Made by a program: the position numbers and the translations under genes. DNA of 60,166 nt from Eubacteriales bacterium (GTDB lineage: Bacteria; Bacillota; Clostridia; Saccharofermentanales; UBA5734), in assembly GCA_028695145.1 (NCBI GenBank), contig JAQVJP010000003.1, positions 1-60,166 on the forward strand, written 5' to 3'. Shown here one piece after another: positions 28,081-37,637 of this stretch; the first letter of the stretch is position 1, and each line of letters starts with the position of its first letter. The notes under the pieces were generated by a model. That model had not been told where the DNA came from and made no database searches. It was given only the letters and a program-made list of their open reading frames with translations.

Positions 28081-31000
28081 ATGCTTACTGGATATAGAGT
28101 TAAGAAAAGAACTTTTGTCGTAGCGGCAATTTCTTTGGTTGTAAGCATAGCTGTAGCAGGTATGCTTGCTCTGTATGCTTCTTCAATCCTTGGACCAGGA
28201 GTACTGCACAGATTCTCTCTGAACGAGCAGCAGGGGCAGATTAATTTACAAGGCGGAGGCATCAGCTTGAGTCGTGCGGATGCGACTAATTTGATTGCTG
28301 ACGGCTCGTTTGAACCCCTCTATTTTCGCCATTTTTTAAATGTATACGGTGGTGACTCAGATTCTCTGACTGTTTCTTCTCAGGAAGCTTCTGCTGCCGG
28401 TCTGTATCCGGATGATTTTTTTATCGGCGCTCAAGTCAGAGTGATGAGTCTGACAAGAGAAGGCCTTAAACTGAAAAAAACTGCTAAGGCAACCGGCTTC
28501 ACATTGAACCAACCAGGTATATTTCAACCTATTAGACTGCCGGCAGATTTACCGGCAGACTTCAGACTTCATGTAATTGCCAGAGCTTCTGAAGAATCTA
28601 TTATTGCGGCGGGTGATAAGGGAACAATTCTAACAATTGCTAATAATCAGGTTACGTCTCTTGCCTATGTTGACTCTGATAGCAAGTTTGCTTCTATCGC
28701 CGCAAATGAGCACTATGCCGCGGCGGTTAATGCAGATGGAGAAATCTATTTTGCAGATGATGGCTACACCTGGAGTAAACTATACGATTCAGCTTCTCTC
28801 TCCAGAGCTATTGCTGTCAATGATGACAGCAGAATAGTGGCAGTTGGATCTGATGGCTTGATTATATCCGGAAAACCTGATGATTTGCAGCCTGCATACA
28901 GCCCGACAAAAAACAGTATAAACTGTGTAGCTACACTTGCGGATGGCTGGCTGGCCGCTGGTAATGAGGGTACAATCCTTTACTCTAAGGGTGGAGTTAT
29001 CTGGCGTCCTCTCAATAAATTTTCCGACTCAGAAGCGCAAAATACATCAATTGACATTAATTGGCAAGCAATTGATGTATCTGAAAAGAGAATTATGCTT
29101 AGTGGCAGCAATGGCAGCAGTGCCTGGATAGATATTAGTGATACATCTATTTCACCTGATAATTGGATTATTAATTATAATTATGCTTCAGAAGCGAACA
29201 GTTTTATTGATGTTTTAACCATTGATGAGCAGTATATTACGCTCGACAACCGAGGCTTATTCCATATCAGTCATGATAATGGTTCCAATTGGCAGCAGGC
29301 TGATCTTGATACCGGGATCCTGCCTAAGTCAGTTATTTATTCGGGTGACGGTATAATAACAGGCATAGATAGTGAAGGGAAATTAGCTTATTCACAGCTT
29401 GTAGCGGGTATCACACTTGACTCGCCGCTTCAGGAAGGTCAATACCAGACAGGTGATATCCTTTATCTGAGTAAAATGATTAATGACAATCAGATTTCAG
29501 CGCCTGCTACAGGTAATGTGACAGCTGATGCCGGCCCAGTCTTCTGGAAATCCAATGAGCATACGATATTGGATAGAGTTGTTGATGAGAGTGCCCCTGC
29601 AGGCAGTGGCTATTTAAGTCTTAGTTCAGATGATGATTCGAAGAGCGGTTTATCTGGGGATCTTATCATTTATCAGGAGATAAACAGTGATAACCTTGCT
29701 AAACAATTAAGCGACAATGTTCTTCGTTTTACTGGGTGGTTTCTGGCAGAAAACACAAATATGGTGTTATCAGTTTCATTACAAGGCCTTACAAAAGAAG
29801 TCTCTGTCAGTTTTGAATTAACTGCAGATAAATGGCGCAAGTATTCTCATGCTTTTGTTATACCGGAGGCTTGGCTCCTTGATATACCTGATAATCAAAC
29901 AGCGCGATTTGTAATATCTATTGAAGGCCAAGGACGCGTTCTTGCCGATAATATTCAGTTACTATCAGCTGCGGATGGCGCGCAGGCATACACTGATGAG
30001 TATCACGATTTGATAAATAGAATAGAGCCTTCTGTTATACGTCTGCAGTTTAACAAAGTCGGTGATATGAGTGTCGTTACTGAGAGTTGGGCGAAGTCAC
30101 AAGAACAAGCGGGTTTTGGCTATACGAAGCAGGGATGGTTAAAAAGTGATGCTTATGATCTTGCTTCAGCTCTTGATTTAGTATATCAAGTTGATGCTGT
30201 TCCCTGGATTGTAATTGACTCTGCTGCCACTGAAGAAGAAATTGCTAATTTGACGGAATATCTGGCCGCGCCAGTTTCTGAACCTTATGGTAAACTTCGC
30301 ATGGAGCAAGGAAGAGCTGTTCCGTGGACAGAAGCTTTTGCCAGAATTTATATTGAGATTAATGATGATAATAGTCTGTTTTCTGACGATCGTTTAAGAA
30401 GCGCTTATGTAAACTGGATCATAGAGCAGGTTGAGGCGAGCCCTTATTATCTGCAGATCAAGAACCGACTAGTGTTTGTGGACGCGATGACTTACAATCA
30501 AGGTTTAATGCTGTCTTCTGCTGATTTTCATGCTTCTGATATAAATGTTGAATCCGCATCTGATAACGTTTTTGAGCTTGAACAAACTTATGCCGGATAT
30601 TGGTCGGAAATACCAAGGAATCCTGATAAGCCAGTTCAGAACTGGCCGGAAATGCTTAGAAAAATAAGCTTCGATGATGTCCCTGATTCAGAGAGAAAAT
30701 TGGCTTCATTAGTGGCTGCTTCTTTGTATGATTTGAGCGATCAGACTGGATTGGCGCTGATTGATTTGTCAGATGGTGCTGTCAAATTCGATGCATGGCA
30801 ATTTGGCACAGATAGTTTTATAGGCTTGCGAGTGGCAGCGGAAATAGTATCCCAAGCTGTCGTAGGAAATGCCTGTAAAGTGACAAGGCTTAGCGATTCA
30901 GATGAAATTTTTGTTTTTGGCAGCACAGATAACGGCTCGGTTCGTGCGGTGATTTGTAACAGCAGCTCAATGCCGGCAGCCTGTCAACTTGTCTCAGAGC

Positions 31001-31140
31001 TGCCTCTTGCCGGTGCGGTTCTTCATAAATATGATAGTACAGGTAAGCTGATTGGTACAGAGAAGCTGCGTCGCAACGATGGGCATATAACTGTTCTGCC
31101 CGGTGGTGTAGTCTATCTTGAGAGGCTTGACAGTAGGTAA
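28081..31140 (+). CDS. large (1019 aa) membrane-anchored extracytoplasmic multi-domain protein: BNR/Asp-box beta-propeller, CBM-like beta-sandwich, TIM-barrel (glycosidase-like) C-terminal domain
   Basis: N-terminal signal-anchor (FVVAAISLVVSIAVAGMLALYA). Asp-box-like SxDxGxxW repeats (DDGYTWSKL, HDNGSNWQQ, and GTIL…repeats). Segments starting DGSFE/… typical of CBM4/9/22-like modules. C-terminal region with GH-A-like spacing. Confidence 0.55.
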   Translation: MLTGYRVKKRTFVVAAISLVVSIAVAGMLALYASSILGPGVLHRFSLNEQQGQINLQGGGISLSRADATNLIADGSFEPLYFRHFLNVYGGDSDSLTVSSQEASAAGLYPDDFFIGAQVRVMSLTREGLKLKKTAKATGFTLNQPGIFQPIRLPADLPADFRLHVIARASEESIIAAGDKGTILTIANNQVTSLAYVDSDSKFASIAANEHYAAAVNADGEIYFADDGYTWSKLYDSASLSRAIAVNDDSRIVAVGSDGLIISGKPDDLQPAYSPTKNSINCVATLADGWLAAGNEGTILYSKGGVIWRPLNKFSDSEAQNTSIDINWQAIDVSEKRIMLSGSNGSSAWIDISDTSISPDNWIINYNYASEANSFIDVLTIDEQYITLDNRGLFHISHDNGSNWQQADLDTGILPKSVIYSGDGIITGIDSEGKLAYSQLVAGITLDSPLQEGQYQTGDILYLSKMINDNQISAPATGNVTADAGPVFWKSNEHTILDRVVDESAPAGSGYLSLSSDDDSKSGLSGDLIIYQEINSDNLAKQLSDNVLRFTGWFLAENTNMVLSVSLQGLTKEVSVSFELTADKWRKYSHAFVIPEAWLLDIPDNQTARFVISIEGQGRVLADNIQLLSAADGAQAYTDEYHDLINRIEPSVIRLQFNKVGDMSVVTESWAKSQEQAGFGYTKQGWLKSDAYDLASALDLVYQVDAVPWIVIDSAATEEEIANLTEYLAAPVSEPYGKLRMEQGRAVPWTEAFARIYIEINDDNSLFSDDRLRSAYVNWIIEQVEASPYYLQIKNRLVFVDAMTYNQGLMLSSADFHASDINVESASDNVFELEQTYAGYWSEIPRNPDKPVQNWPEMLRKISFDDVPDSERKLASLVAASLYDLSDQTGLALIDLSDGAVKFDAWQFGTDSFIGLRVAAEIVSQAVVGNACKVTRLSDSDEIFVFGSTDNGSVRAVICNSSSMPAACQLVSELPLAGAVLHKYDSTGKLIGTEKLRRNDGHITVLPGGVVYLERLDSR

Positions 31141-31167
31141 ATCGCTGGTTATAATAATCAAGCGCTT

Positions 31168-31244
31168 GGGTGGTTAGCTCAGCTGGTTAGAGTACTTGCT
31201 TGACATGCAAGGGGTCGTTGGTTCGAGTCCAATACTACCCACCA
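31168..31244 (+). tRNA. tRNA-Val (anticodon GAC) with encoded CCA
   Basis: Cloverleaf; anticodon loop TTGACAT; GGTTCGAGTCC T-arm. Confidence 0.9.
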
Positions 31245-31253
31245 AGTGGAAGT

Positions 31254-31283
31254 CCCCGAGACCGTAAGGTCTCGGGGTTTTTC
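31254..31283 (+). terminator. rho-independent terminator (ccccgagacc-gtaa-ggtctcgggg + TTTTT)
   Basis: Perfect 10-bp stem, tetraloop, T-run. Confidence 0.75.
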
Positions 31284-31314
31284 TTGTTTTATGGTACAAT
31301 AATCATGACAAGAA

Positions 31315-32496
31315 ATGAATTTTGAGGAGTATGATATTTTGAAACAAGACAATAATGTAGATGTCGCGGGTTCGGATGTAAACATGAATAATGAGTTCGC
31401 GAAGTTTGAGCTGTCTGAAGAGATTATGAAAGCCGTGAAGGATATGGGCTTCTCTGTTCCGACCGCTGTTCAGGATCGGACAATTCTGACGATGCTTGAT
31501 TGGCATGATATTATCGCACAGGCGCCAACCGGCACGGGCAAGACCACTGCTTTTGGTATTCCTGCTTTGGAGCATCTTGAGGTTGGAGAACACGATCCTC
31601 AGGTACTGATTCTTGCGCCAACACGTGAGCTGGCAGTGCAGATAGGTGAAGAGATGAGTGAGCTGGCAGCTTATATGAAGCATGTCAGAGTTGCTGTTGT
31701 TTACGGTGGACGTAGTATCAACAGTCAGATAGAAAGTGTGCGTCATAAGCCACAGATTATCGTGGCTACGCCGGGCCGGCTTATTGATCTTATGAAGAGA
31801 CGAGTTGTCAGACTTGGAGCGGTTCATACCGTGATTCTTGATGAAGCAGATCGTATGCTTGATATGGGTTTTGTAAGTGATGTGCGCTATATACTTGATA
31901 AAATGCCTCGAGTATCACAAATCGCGTTGTTCAGCGCAACCATGTCACGATCTGTGATGGATATCAGTTGGATTTATCAGCGAGAACCGGTTGAAATAGT
32001 TGTTGAGTCAACTGAGGAGAATAAACCGGATATAGACCAGTATCAAATAGAAGCTAACGGTACTGAGAGACTAAAAGCGACTGTCCATCTGCTTAATTCA
32101 AATGATTTTGACAAAGTGATGGTTTTCTGCAACACAAAATATATGACAGAGGCAGTTGCTCGTAAGCTGAAAAAAGCAGGTATCAAGGCTGACTGTATTC
32201 ATGGTGATATTCGTCAGAATATGCGGGAAAAATTAATCAAGGATTTTCGCAATGGGAATCTTCGGGTTCTTGTCTGCACAGACGTCGCTGCTCGTGGCAT
32301 CGATGTGGAGGGTGTAGAAGCAGTTATAAATTATGAGATACCAATTGAAAATGAACATTATACTCATCGTATAGGTCGAACAGGACGTGCAGGACGCCGA
32401 GGCGCTTCTTATACCTTCACTTCGCCGGTGCATCAGGCAAGACTGGAAAACATTATTCGCTATACACGTGTTGAGATGGAGAAGCTTGAAGTTTAA
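31315..32496 (+). CDS. DEAD-box ATP-dependent RNA helicase
   Basis: Q-motif region, motif I AQAPTGTGKT, motif II DEAD (VILDEADRMLD), SAT, HRIGRTGRAG. The true start may be an internal Met or TTG about 20 codons downstream. Confidence 0.85.
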   Translation: MNFEEYDILKQDNNVDVAGSDVNMNNEFAKFELSEEIMKAVKDMGFSVPTAVQDRTILTMLDWHDIIAQAPTGTGKTTAFGIPALEHLEVGEHDPQVLILAPTRELAVQIGEEMSELAAYMKHVRVAVVYGGRSINSQIESVRHKPQIIVATPGRLIDLMKRRVVRLGAVHTVILDEADRMLDMGFVSDVRYILDKMPRVSQIALFSATMSRSVMDISWIYQREPVEIVVESTEENKPDIDQYQIEANGTERLKATVHLLNSNDFDKVMVFCNTKYMTEAVARKLKKAGIKADCIHGDIRQNMREKLIKDFRNGNLRVLVCTDVAARGIDVEGVEAVINYEIPIENEHYTHRIGRTGRAGRRGASYTFTSPVHQARLENIIRYTRVEMEKLEV

Positions 32497-32516
32497 TAAC
32501 AATCAGGAGGATTTAT

Positions 32517-33218
32517 ATGCGCGACATCACATGCAGCAACTGCGGACGCGTTTTTCAGGCCGATGAGAGCGTTCAGAGAGCGTATTGCGTTTATTGCGGC
32601 CAAGTCAATGAGCTAAATATATCTGCTGCGGACGATGGTGCTTCTACACCTGAATCGAAGCAGTATCAAGATTGGAAAGATCGTATTGAACAGATCAGAT
32701 TTCAGGTATGGAATAAGAAAACTGGTGAGAAAGGTGATACTTTTATCGGTTTCTGGTCTATGTTGATGTTCCATGGGCGAAATAGCCGTGGATTTTTCGG
32801 ACTGAAAAGAGCAGCCAAAGAAGCAAATCGTTTCTGGCAAAAGCCGGCGATCGCTGAGGTGTTGGCTGAAGCTGGTGATCAGGCAGAAAAACTTATCGCT
32901 GAACAGCTCTACGATTCCGCTCGTGCTTTTTATCAGACTTGCCGCGACGATCGCCATTATGGATCAAAAATGTTGGATATGGTAAAACTTAAGCCTGAAC
33001 AAATAGCGGATAAGGCCGCTGCTGAGGTAAGTGAGCTTATTTTCAGTTACTGGCTGCATTTTGAACCAATCGCGTATCGTGATCATATATTTCGCGCCGC
33101 CTGGTTCGCTTATGCTCCTTCTTTTGCTGAGAAGGGGAATGGTCTGGCGCAGAGAGTAAAACAGCTGCCGGAAGATGAACGCCGACAGCTGAGTGAGATC
33201 CTGGGAGTCGTTATTTAG
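32517..33218 (+). CDS. hypothetical protein with N-terminal zinc-ribbon (CxNCG…CxYCG)
   Basis: AGGAGG RBS; MRDITCSNCGRVF…YCVYCGQVN; the remainder is helical and has no known motif. Confidence 0.5.
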   Translation: MRDITCSNCGRVFQADESVQRAYCVYCGQVNELNISAADDGASTPESKQYQDWKDRIEQIRFQVWNKKTGEKGDTFIGFWSMLMFHGRNSRGFFGLKRAAKEANRFWQKPAIAEVLAEAGDQAEKLIAEQLYDSARAFYQTCRDDRHYGSKMLDMVKLKPEQIADKAAAEVSELIFSYWLHFEPIAYRDHIFRAAWFAYAPSFAEKGNGLAQRVKQLPEDERRQLSEILGVVI

Positions 33219-33289
33219 TTAGTGCTTCTTGTTTATTAGTTGTTTCTATGGTTGCTCGCGATTAACTAAATCATTCAGATTCTGTTGAT

Positions 33290-33931
33290 TTATAGTCGCG
33301 AATAGCCATAGCTGTTTACTAGTGCGTCGATTTTAGCCCCTGCTTTGCATTCCGGACAACTGTCACTTGTATAAACTTCGTAGTCAGGTAATTCATTTTC
33401 CCCGAATATTGCGTGAACAGTATAGTTTTGAATTCTCTCGACGGCACTGAATATGGCTGCCAGACTGCTGATTATGCCATGGTAATAGTGTATGCATTGA
33501 ATGGCCTGCTCTATAGTTGTACCTGTTGTAGTAGAAGCTGCCAGCAACAATACCTGACGATTCCATATCATGCTCTGAACATTGTCTCTGAAAATGAATT
33601 GTCCGGAATGGTTAAATTCCGGTGTTACTATATCGATGTTGCTGCCGGCCATGGCGTTGCCGTTTTCTGCTTTTGTCAGTGCATCGGCAAGATAAGCCGC
33701 AACAACCTCCGTTCCGTCAAGGCAGACTATTGTCTCGACAGGCGTGCTGCTGGCCATCATTGAAGCAAAAAATCTGCCTGCTTCTCTAGCCATGCTGTGT
33801 TTGCTCTTAATTTCTGTCATGTTCAAGTAGTAGTTGACGTGAGAATTGCGCGTCGCGAAGTGACCGGGTAAGATTTCCATCTGTAAAGATGGATTGACCG
33901 CTGATTGAATTTTTTTTGCTCTGCTTTGCAT
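33290..33931 (-). CDS. phosphoribosyltransferase (type I PRTase)-fold protein with degenerate PRPP-binding loop
   Basis: GGAGGTG RBS. PRTase-like hydrophobic-strand + loop VLLLAASTTTGTTI where the canonical acidic pair (DD/DE) is replaced by AA. C-terminal CPEC motif. Confidence 0.5.
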   Translation of the reverse strand: MQSRAKKIQSAVNPSLQMEILPGHFATRNSHVNYYLNMTEIKSKHSMAREAGRFFASMMASSTPVETIVCLDGTEVVAAYLADALTKAENGNAMAGSNIDIVTPEFNHSGQFIFRDNVQSMIWNRQVLLLAASTTTGTTIEQAIQCIHYYHGIISSLAAIFSAVERIQNYTVHAIFGENELPDYEVYTSDSCPECKAGAKIDALVNSYGYSRL

Positions 33932-33950
33932 GATTCACACCTCCTGCAGA

Positions 33951-35201
33951 TTAATCTGCTGCTGCGTGTCTTCCTGCCAGCACACCGGTTGAGAAGGCTG
34001 CCTGCAGATTATAACCTCCGGTATCTCCATCAATGTCCATGACTTCTCCTGCGAAGTATAAACCTCGGACAAGTTTGGACTGCATAGTGCGGGGATCGAT
34101 CTCTTTGAGACTAATTCCGCCGGCTGTTACCATAGCTTCACGATAGCCCCTGGTGCCTTCAATGTCAAGGATCAGGTTTCTACATGTCATGGCCAGATTG
34201 TCGAGTTGAGCGTTGCTGATATCTGCTGCTCTAATCGTTGGATCTATTCCAGCCAGCTTTAGCAACTCGTTAGTTAGTTTAGACGGAAAAGGTCTGCTCA
34301 GAGCGTTAACAATTGTGCGCCCCTGGTTTTTGGCTATCTGACCACGCCATAGGTTTATCAAATCCTCGTGTTTTTTATCTGATACCAAATTAATCTTCAA
34401 CTGCCAGTTCGCTTGTGTATCCTGTAACTGAAGACTGAAGTCTGGCAAATTGCGTGATATTCTTAAAATGGCCGGACCGGACAGACCAAAATGTGTAAAA
34501 AGCAATTCGCCGGACTCTGCAGCTATTCTTTTGCCGTTTTTTGTTAATTGTAAATGCGTTTGATCCAAACTGATACCTTGTAACTCGCGCAGCCATTTTT
34601 GTTTGATCGTAACAGGCACAAGCGCCGGTCTTGGCTTAATAATAGTATGGCCACATGCTGCGGCCATTTTATATCCGTCGCCCGAAGAGCCTGTACCGGG
34701 CCAGGATGCTCCGCCGGTCGCGATTATGACCGCATCAGCTTCGATATCACCGTTGCGAGTGGAAATCCCTCTGATCTTATTATCATCAATCAACAGTTTA
34801 ATAGCACCGTTTCCTGATATTATATTTACATTCAGCTTAGCACATAATGAGAGCCAGGCTCTGAGGATGTCTTCTGCCTGGTCACTGACTGGAAAAATTT
34901 TACCGTTTGACTCTGTTTTGAATCGGATGCCCTGGCTGTTCATAATCTCCAGAAGATCTTCCCGGAAGAAGTTCGTGAATGCAGGATAAAGAAAACGTCC
35001 GCCGGAAAAATAGCGTCTGATGAAACTATCTTCATCGCCGGCAGCGCTGATGTTACAACGGCCGGCTCCTGTTATCAGCAGCTTGCGTCCCGGTGACGGC
35101 ATTTTTTCGATAATTGTCACTCCTGCTCCCTGCATCGCTGCCGACCACGCGGCAGCAAGTCCTGCCGGACCGGCACCAATTATTAATAATCTTGAACCCA
35201 T
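33951..35201 (-). CDS. NAD(P)/FAD-dependent oxidoreductase, HI0933/YhiN (BaiN-like) family
   Basis: Rossmann FAD motif MGSRLLIIGAGPAGLAAA at the N-terminus, about 416 aa, family-typical C-terminal GG…D region. Confidence 0.8.
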   Translation of the reverse strand: MGSRLLIIGAGPAGLAAAWSAAMQGAGVTIIEKMPSPGRKLLITGAGRCNISAAGDEDSFIRRYFSGGRFLYPAFTNFFREDLLEIMNSQGIRFKTESNGKIFPVSDQAEDILRAWLSLCAKLNVNIISGNGAIKLLIDDNKIRGISTRNGDIEADAVIIATGGASWPGTGSSGDGYKMAAACGHTIIKPRPALVPVTIKQKWLRELQGISLDQTHLQLTKNGKRIAAESGELLFTHFGLSGPAILRISRNLPDFSLQLQDTQANWQLKINLVSDKKHEDLINLWRGQIAKNQGRTIVNALSRPFPSKLTNELLKLAGIDPTIRAADISNAQLDNLAMTCRNLILDIEGTRGYREAMVTAGGISLKEIDPRTMQSKLVRGLYFAGEVMDIDGDTGGYNLQAAFSTGVLAGRHAAAD

Positions 35202-35548
35202 TAGCTTATATCTGTATCCTTCCGATTGTTTTCTTTCTGAGATCCGGAAAGCGAGGCTATTTGATAAACCGCGTCACACATAATGCTGAGCGGTACACCC
35301 AGCGCGTTAGAAATCTCAGCTGCGTTGCTGATGCTTGTGGCTGTTTTGCCATTCTCGACACTGCTGATAAATGATACACTAAGATTGCTGCGTCTGGCCA
35401 GCTCCATTTGACTGATGCGGCGTCGTTCTCGAATCCTCTTGATCATACGGCCATATGTGACCAGTGGGAAGCTTCCTTGCGATTTGGCGTAGTCATTTTG
35501 TGCGTTTTTTGTTTTGTGGGGCTTTTGCTCGTTAACTTGTGCTCTCAT
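35201..35548 (-). CDS. XRE family helix-turn-helix transcriptional regulator
   Basis: HTH_XRE core (…RRRISQMELARRSNLSVSFISSVENGK…). Start set at ATG 35548 (GAGGT RBS); stop overlaps the flavoprotein start (translational coupling). Confidence 0.7.
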   Translation of the reverse strand: MRAQVNEQKPHKTKNAQNDYAKSQGSFPLVTYGRMIKRIRERRRISQMELARRSNLSVSFISSVENGKTATSISNAAEISNALGVPLSIMCDAVYQIASLSGSQKENNRKDTDIS

Positions 35549-35725
35549 GTCATTACCTCGTTGGTTTATGTAACATTTCCTATTCCACACAGAGGTTGTC
35601 TGCAAGTATTATTATAACAGAGGGAAAAAGCAATAAAATAGAGTATACTGGAACTTTTACCGTTGTCTGGTAAAACAAGTAGAATATATTTCGAAAAAAT
35701 AGCAAATATTTACGAGGTACGTGTA

Positions 35726-37072
35726 TTGAAACAAGAAGATAATATATTAGAGATTTGTGATTCTGACGATGACTTGCTTGATCGTCAGGATGCTGAACTA
35801 ACAGTAATAGCCGGTCTTAATTGTGGCCAGGGTGAAGCTGATCTTGAAGAGGCTGAACGATCTCTTGACGAGCTTGCTGAACTTGTAAAAACCGCAGGGG
35901 GCACAGTTGTTGCGCAGGTTCTGCAGAATCGACAGTCACCTGACACCGCATGGTACATTGGTCGCGGTAAACTTGATGAGATTATTGCTGCTGCTCAAGA
36001 ACTTCGTGCTAAGACCATTGTATTTGACGATGAGCTGTCAGGCTCCCAGATTAGGAATATCGAAGAATTATCCGGGCTCAAAATTCTTGATCGTACTTTT
36101 GTCATTCTTGATATTTTTGCCGGTAGAGCTAAAACACGCGAGGGTAAACTGCAAGTGGAGCTGGCGCAACTGCAATATAGAATGAGCCGACTTATCGGTA
36201 CAGGTAAGGCTCTTTCCCGGCTGGGCGGTGGTATCGGCACTCGTGGTCCAGGCGAAACGAAGCTTGAGACTGACAGACGTCATATCAGTCGTCGTGTGGC
36301 TTCTCTTAAGCGTACGCTTGCGTCTATTAGAGAGAGGCGTGAGAGAACAAGATTACAGCGCCATAATAACGAAGCTTCGTCTGTTGCTGTGGTCGGCTAC
36401 ACAAATGCCGGCAAAAGCTCCCTCATGAACGCTCTATGTAGTTCTGATCTGGAAGCTGCCGATCAGGTCTTCGCGACTCTTGATCCAGTTGCCCGCAGAT
36501 TACTGTTGCCTGACGGACAACAACTGATTCTCGTTGATACTGTTGGTTTTATCAGAAAACTTCCCCATCAGTTGATTGAGGCATTCAAATCAACACTCGA
36601 AGAGGTAACCGCTGCTGATTTTATTTTGCATGTCACGGATGCCTCGGATCCGGAAGCGGCAAGACAGATTGAGATAGTTCACGAACTTCTGCGAGATTTG
36701 ACTGCCTTAGCCAAACCCAGACTTCATGTATTTAACAAAGTTGATCTTCTGATCGATCCAATTTCCAGAGATCTTACTGACGCGGTGACTGCCGAAGGTG
36801 TTAACTCAGTGATGGTCTCAGCCAGAACTGGCCGTGGACTTGAGGATCTGAAAAGTGAGCTTGCTGAACTTGCGGGTATGGGTATGATACCTGTACAACT
36901 GATGTTGCCATATGATAAATCCTCAGTTCTTGGTTATATAAGAGATAATGGGATTATTGAACAGATGGAGTACCTTGAGCGAGGAACCTTTGTCAGAGCC
37001 CGAATAAAAGCCAGTCATTTCAATGCTGTTGCCAAATGGGCCGCACTTGCGGATAATCAGACGCAAGGCTAA
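35726..37072 (+). CDS. hflX: GTPase HflX
   Basis: HflX N-terminal domain plus G-domain (G1 GYTNAGKSSL, G3 DTVGF, G4 NKVD). Start tentatively TTG 35726 (GAGGT RBS); the track start 35663 is also TTG. Confidence 0.8.
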   Translation: MKQEDNILEICDSDDDLLDRQDAELTVIAGLNCGQGEADLEEAERSLDELAELVKTAGGTVVAQVLQNRQSPDTAWYIGRGKLDEIIAAAQELRAKTIVFDDELSGSQIRNIEELSGLKILDRTFVILDIFAGRAKTREGKLQVELAQLQYRMSRLIGTGKALSRLGGGIGTRGPGETKLETDRRHISRRVASLKRTLASIRERRERTRLQRHNNEASSVAVVGYTNAGKSSLMNALCSSDLEAADQVFATLDPVARRLLLPDGQQLILVDTVGFIRKLPHQLIEAFKSTLEEVTAADFILHVTDASDPEAARQIEIVHELLRDLTALAKPRLHVFNKVDLLIDPISRDLTDAVTAEGVNSVMVSARTGRGLEDLKSELAELAGMGMIPVQLMLPYDKSSVLGYIRDNGIIEQMEYLERGTFVRARIKASHFNAVAKWAALADNQTQG

Positions 37073-37163
37073 AATAATAATTATCTAAGTTGATATTCAT
37101 TTTAATGTAATATATATCTGGTTTTCTTATAGATGAGAGGGGGCTGCCGTCAGGCGAAGCGAT

Positions 37164-37637
37164 ATGCAGGAATATGATCAGCGTGTTAATGATCTTATGC
37201 TCGACATTTTCGATAAAATACTTGTAACAGAGGAATTAGCTCTGAGCAAGGGTTATTTCAAGGATTTATCCGTTGCGGAAATGCATACACTGGAGAGTAT
37301 AGGTTTATACGAATCAAAAACTATGAGTGAAACAGCTGCGGCTCTTGGAGTAACGACAGGAACCCTTACAGTCGCTGTGGATCGCCTTGTGCGTAAGAAC
37401 TATGTCCAACGCAGACGCGATGATCATGACAGACGGGTAGTGCGTGTACAGCTTACAAGGCAGGGTAAGTTGGCATACAGGATGCACCACAAGTTTCATA
37501 CCTTGCTTGTTGACAGATTGATTGAGCCTCTTGATGAGAATCAGAGGGAAATATTTCTGAGTACACTTCAGAGTATTTCTGACTTTGTAAATGAACAGAG
37601 CCGCAAATATAATGAAGGAGTTAATAGAGATGGCTGA
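37164..37637 (+). CDS. MarR family transcriptional regulator
   Basis: Winged-helix MarR core (…LSVAEMHTLESIG…MSETAAALGVTTGTLTVAVDRLVRKNYVQRRRDDHDRRVVRVQLT…). Confidence 0.7.
   Translation: MQEYDQRVNDLMLDIFDKILVTEELALSKGYFKDLSVAEMHTLESIGLYESKTMSETAAALGVTTGTLTVAVDRLVRKNYVQRRRDDHDRRVVRVQLTRQGKLAYRMHHKFHTLLVDRLIEPLDENQREIFLSTLQSISDFVNEQSRKYNEGVNRDG

Noticed and set aside
31303-31827. 174-aa minus-strand ORF overlapping the DEAD-box helicase 5' region
   Set aside because: Antisense to the conserved helicase motifs I/Ia; no RBS; the product is low complexity.
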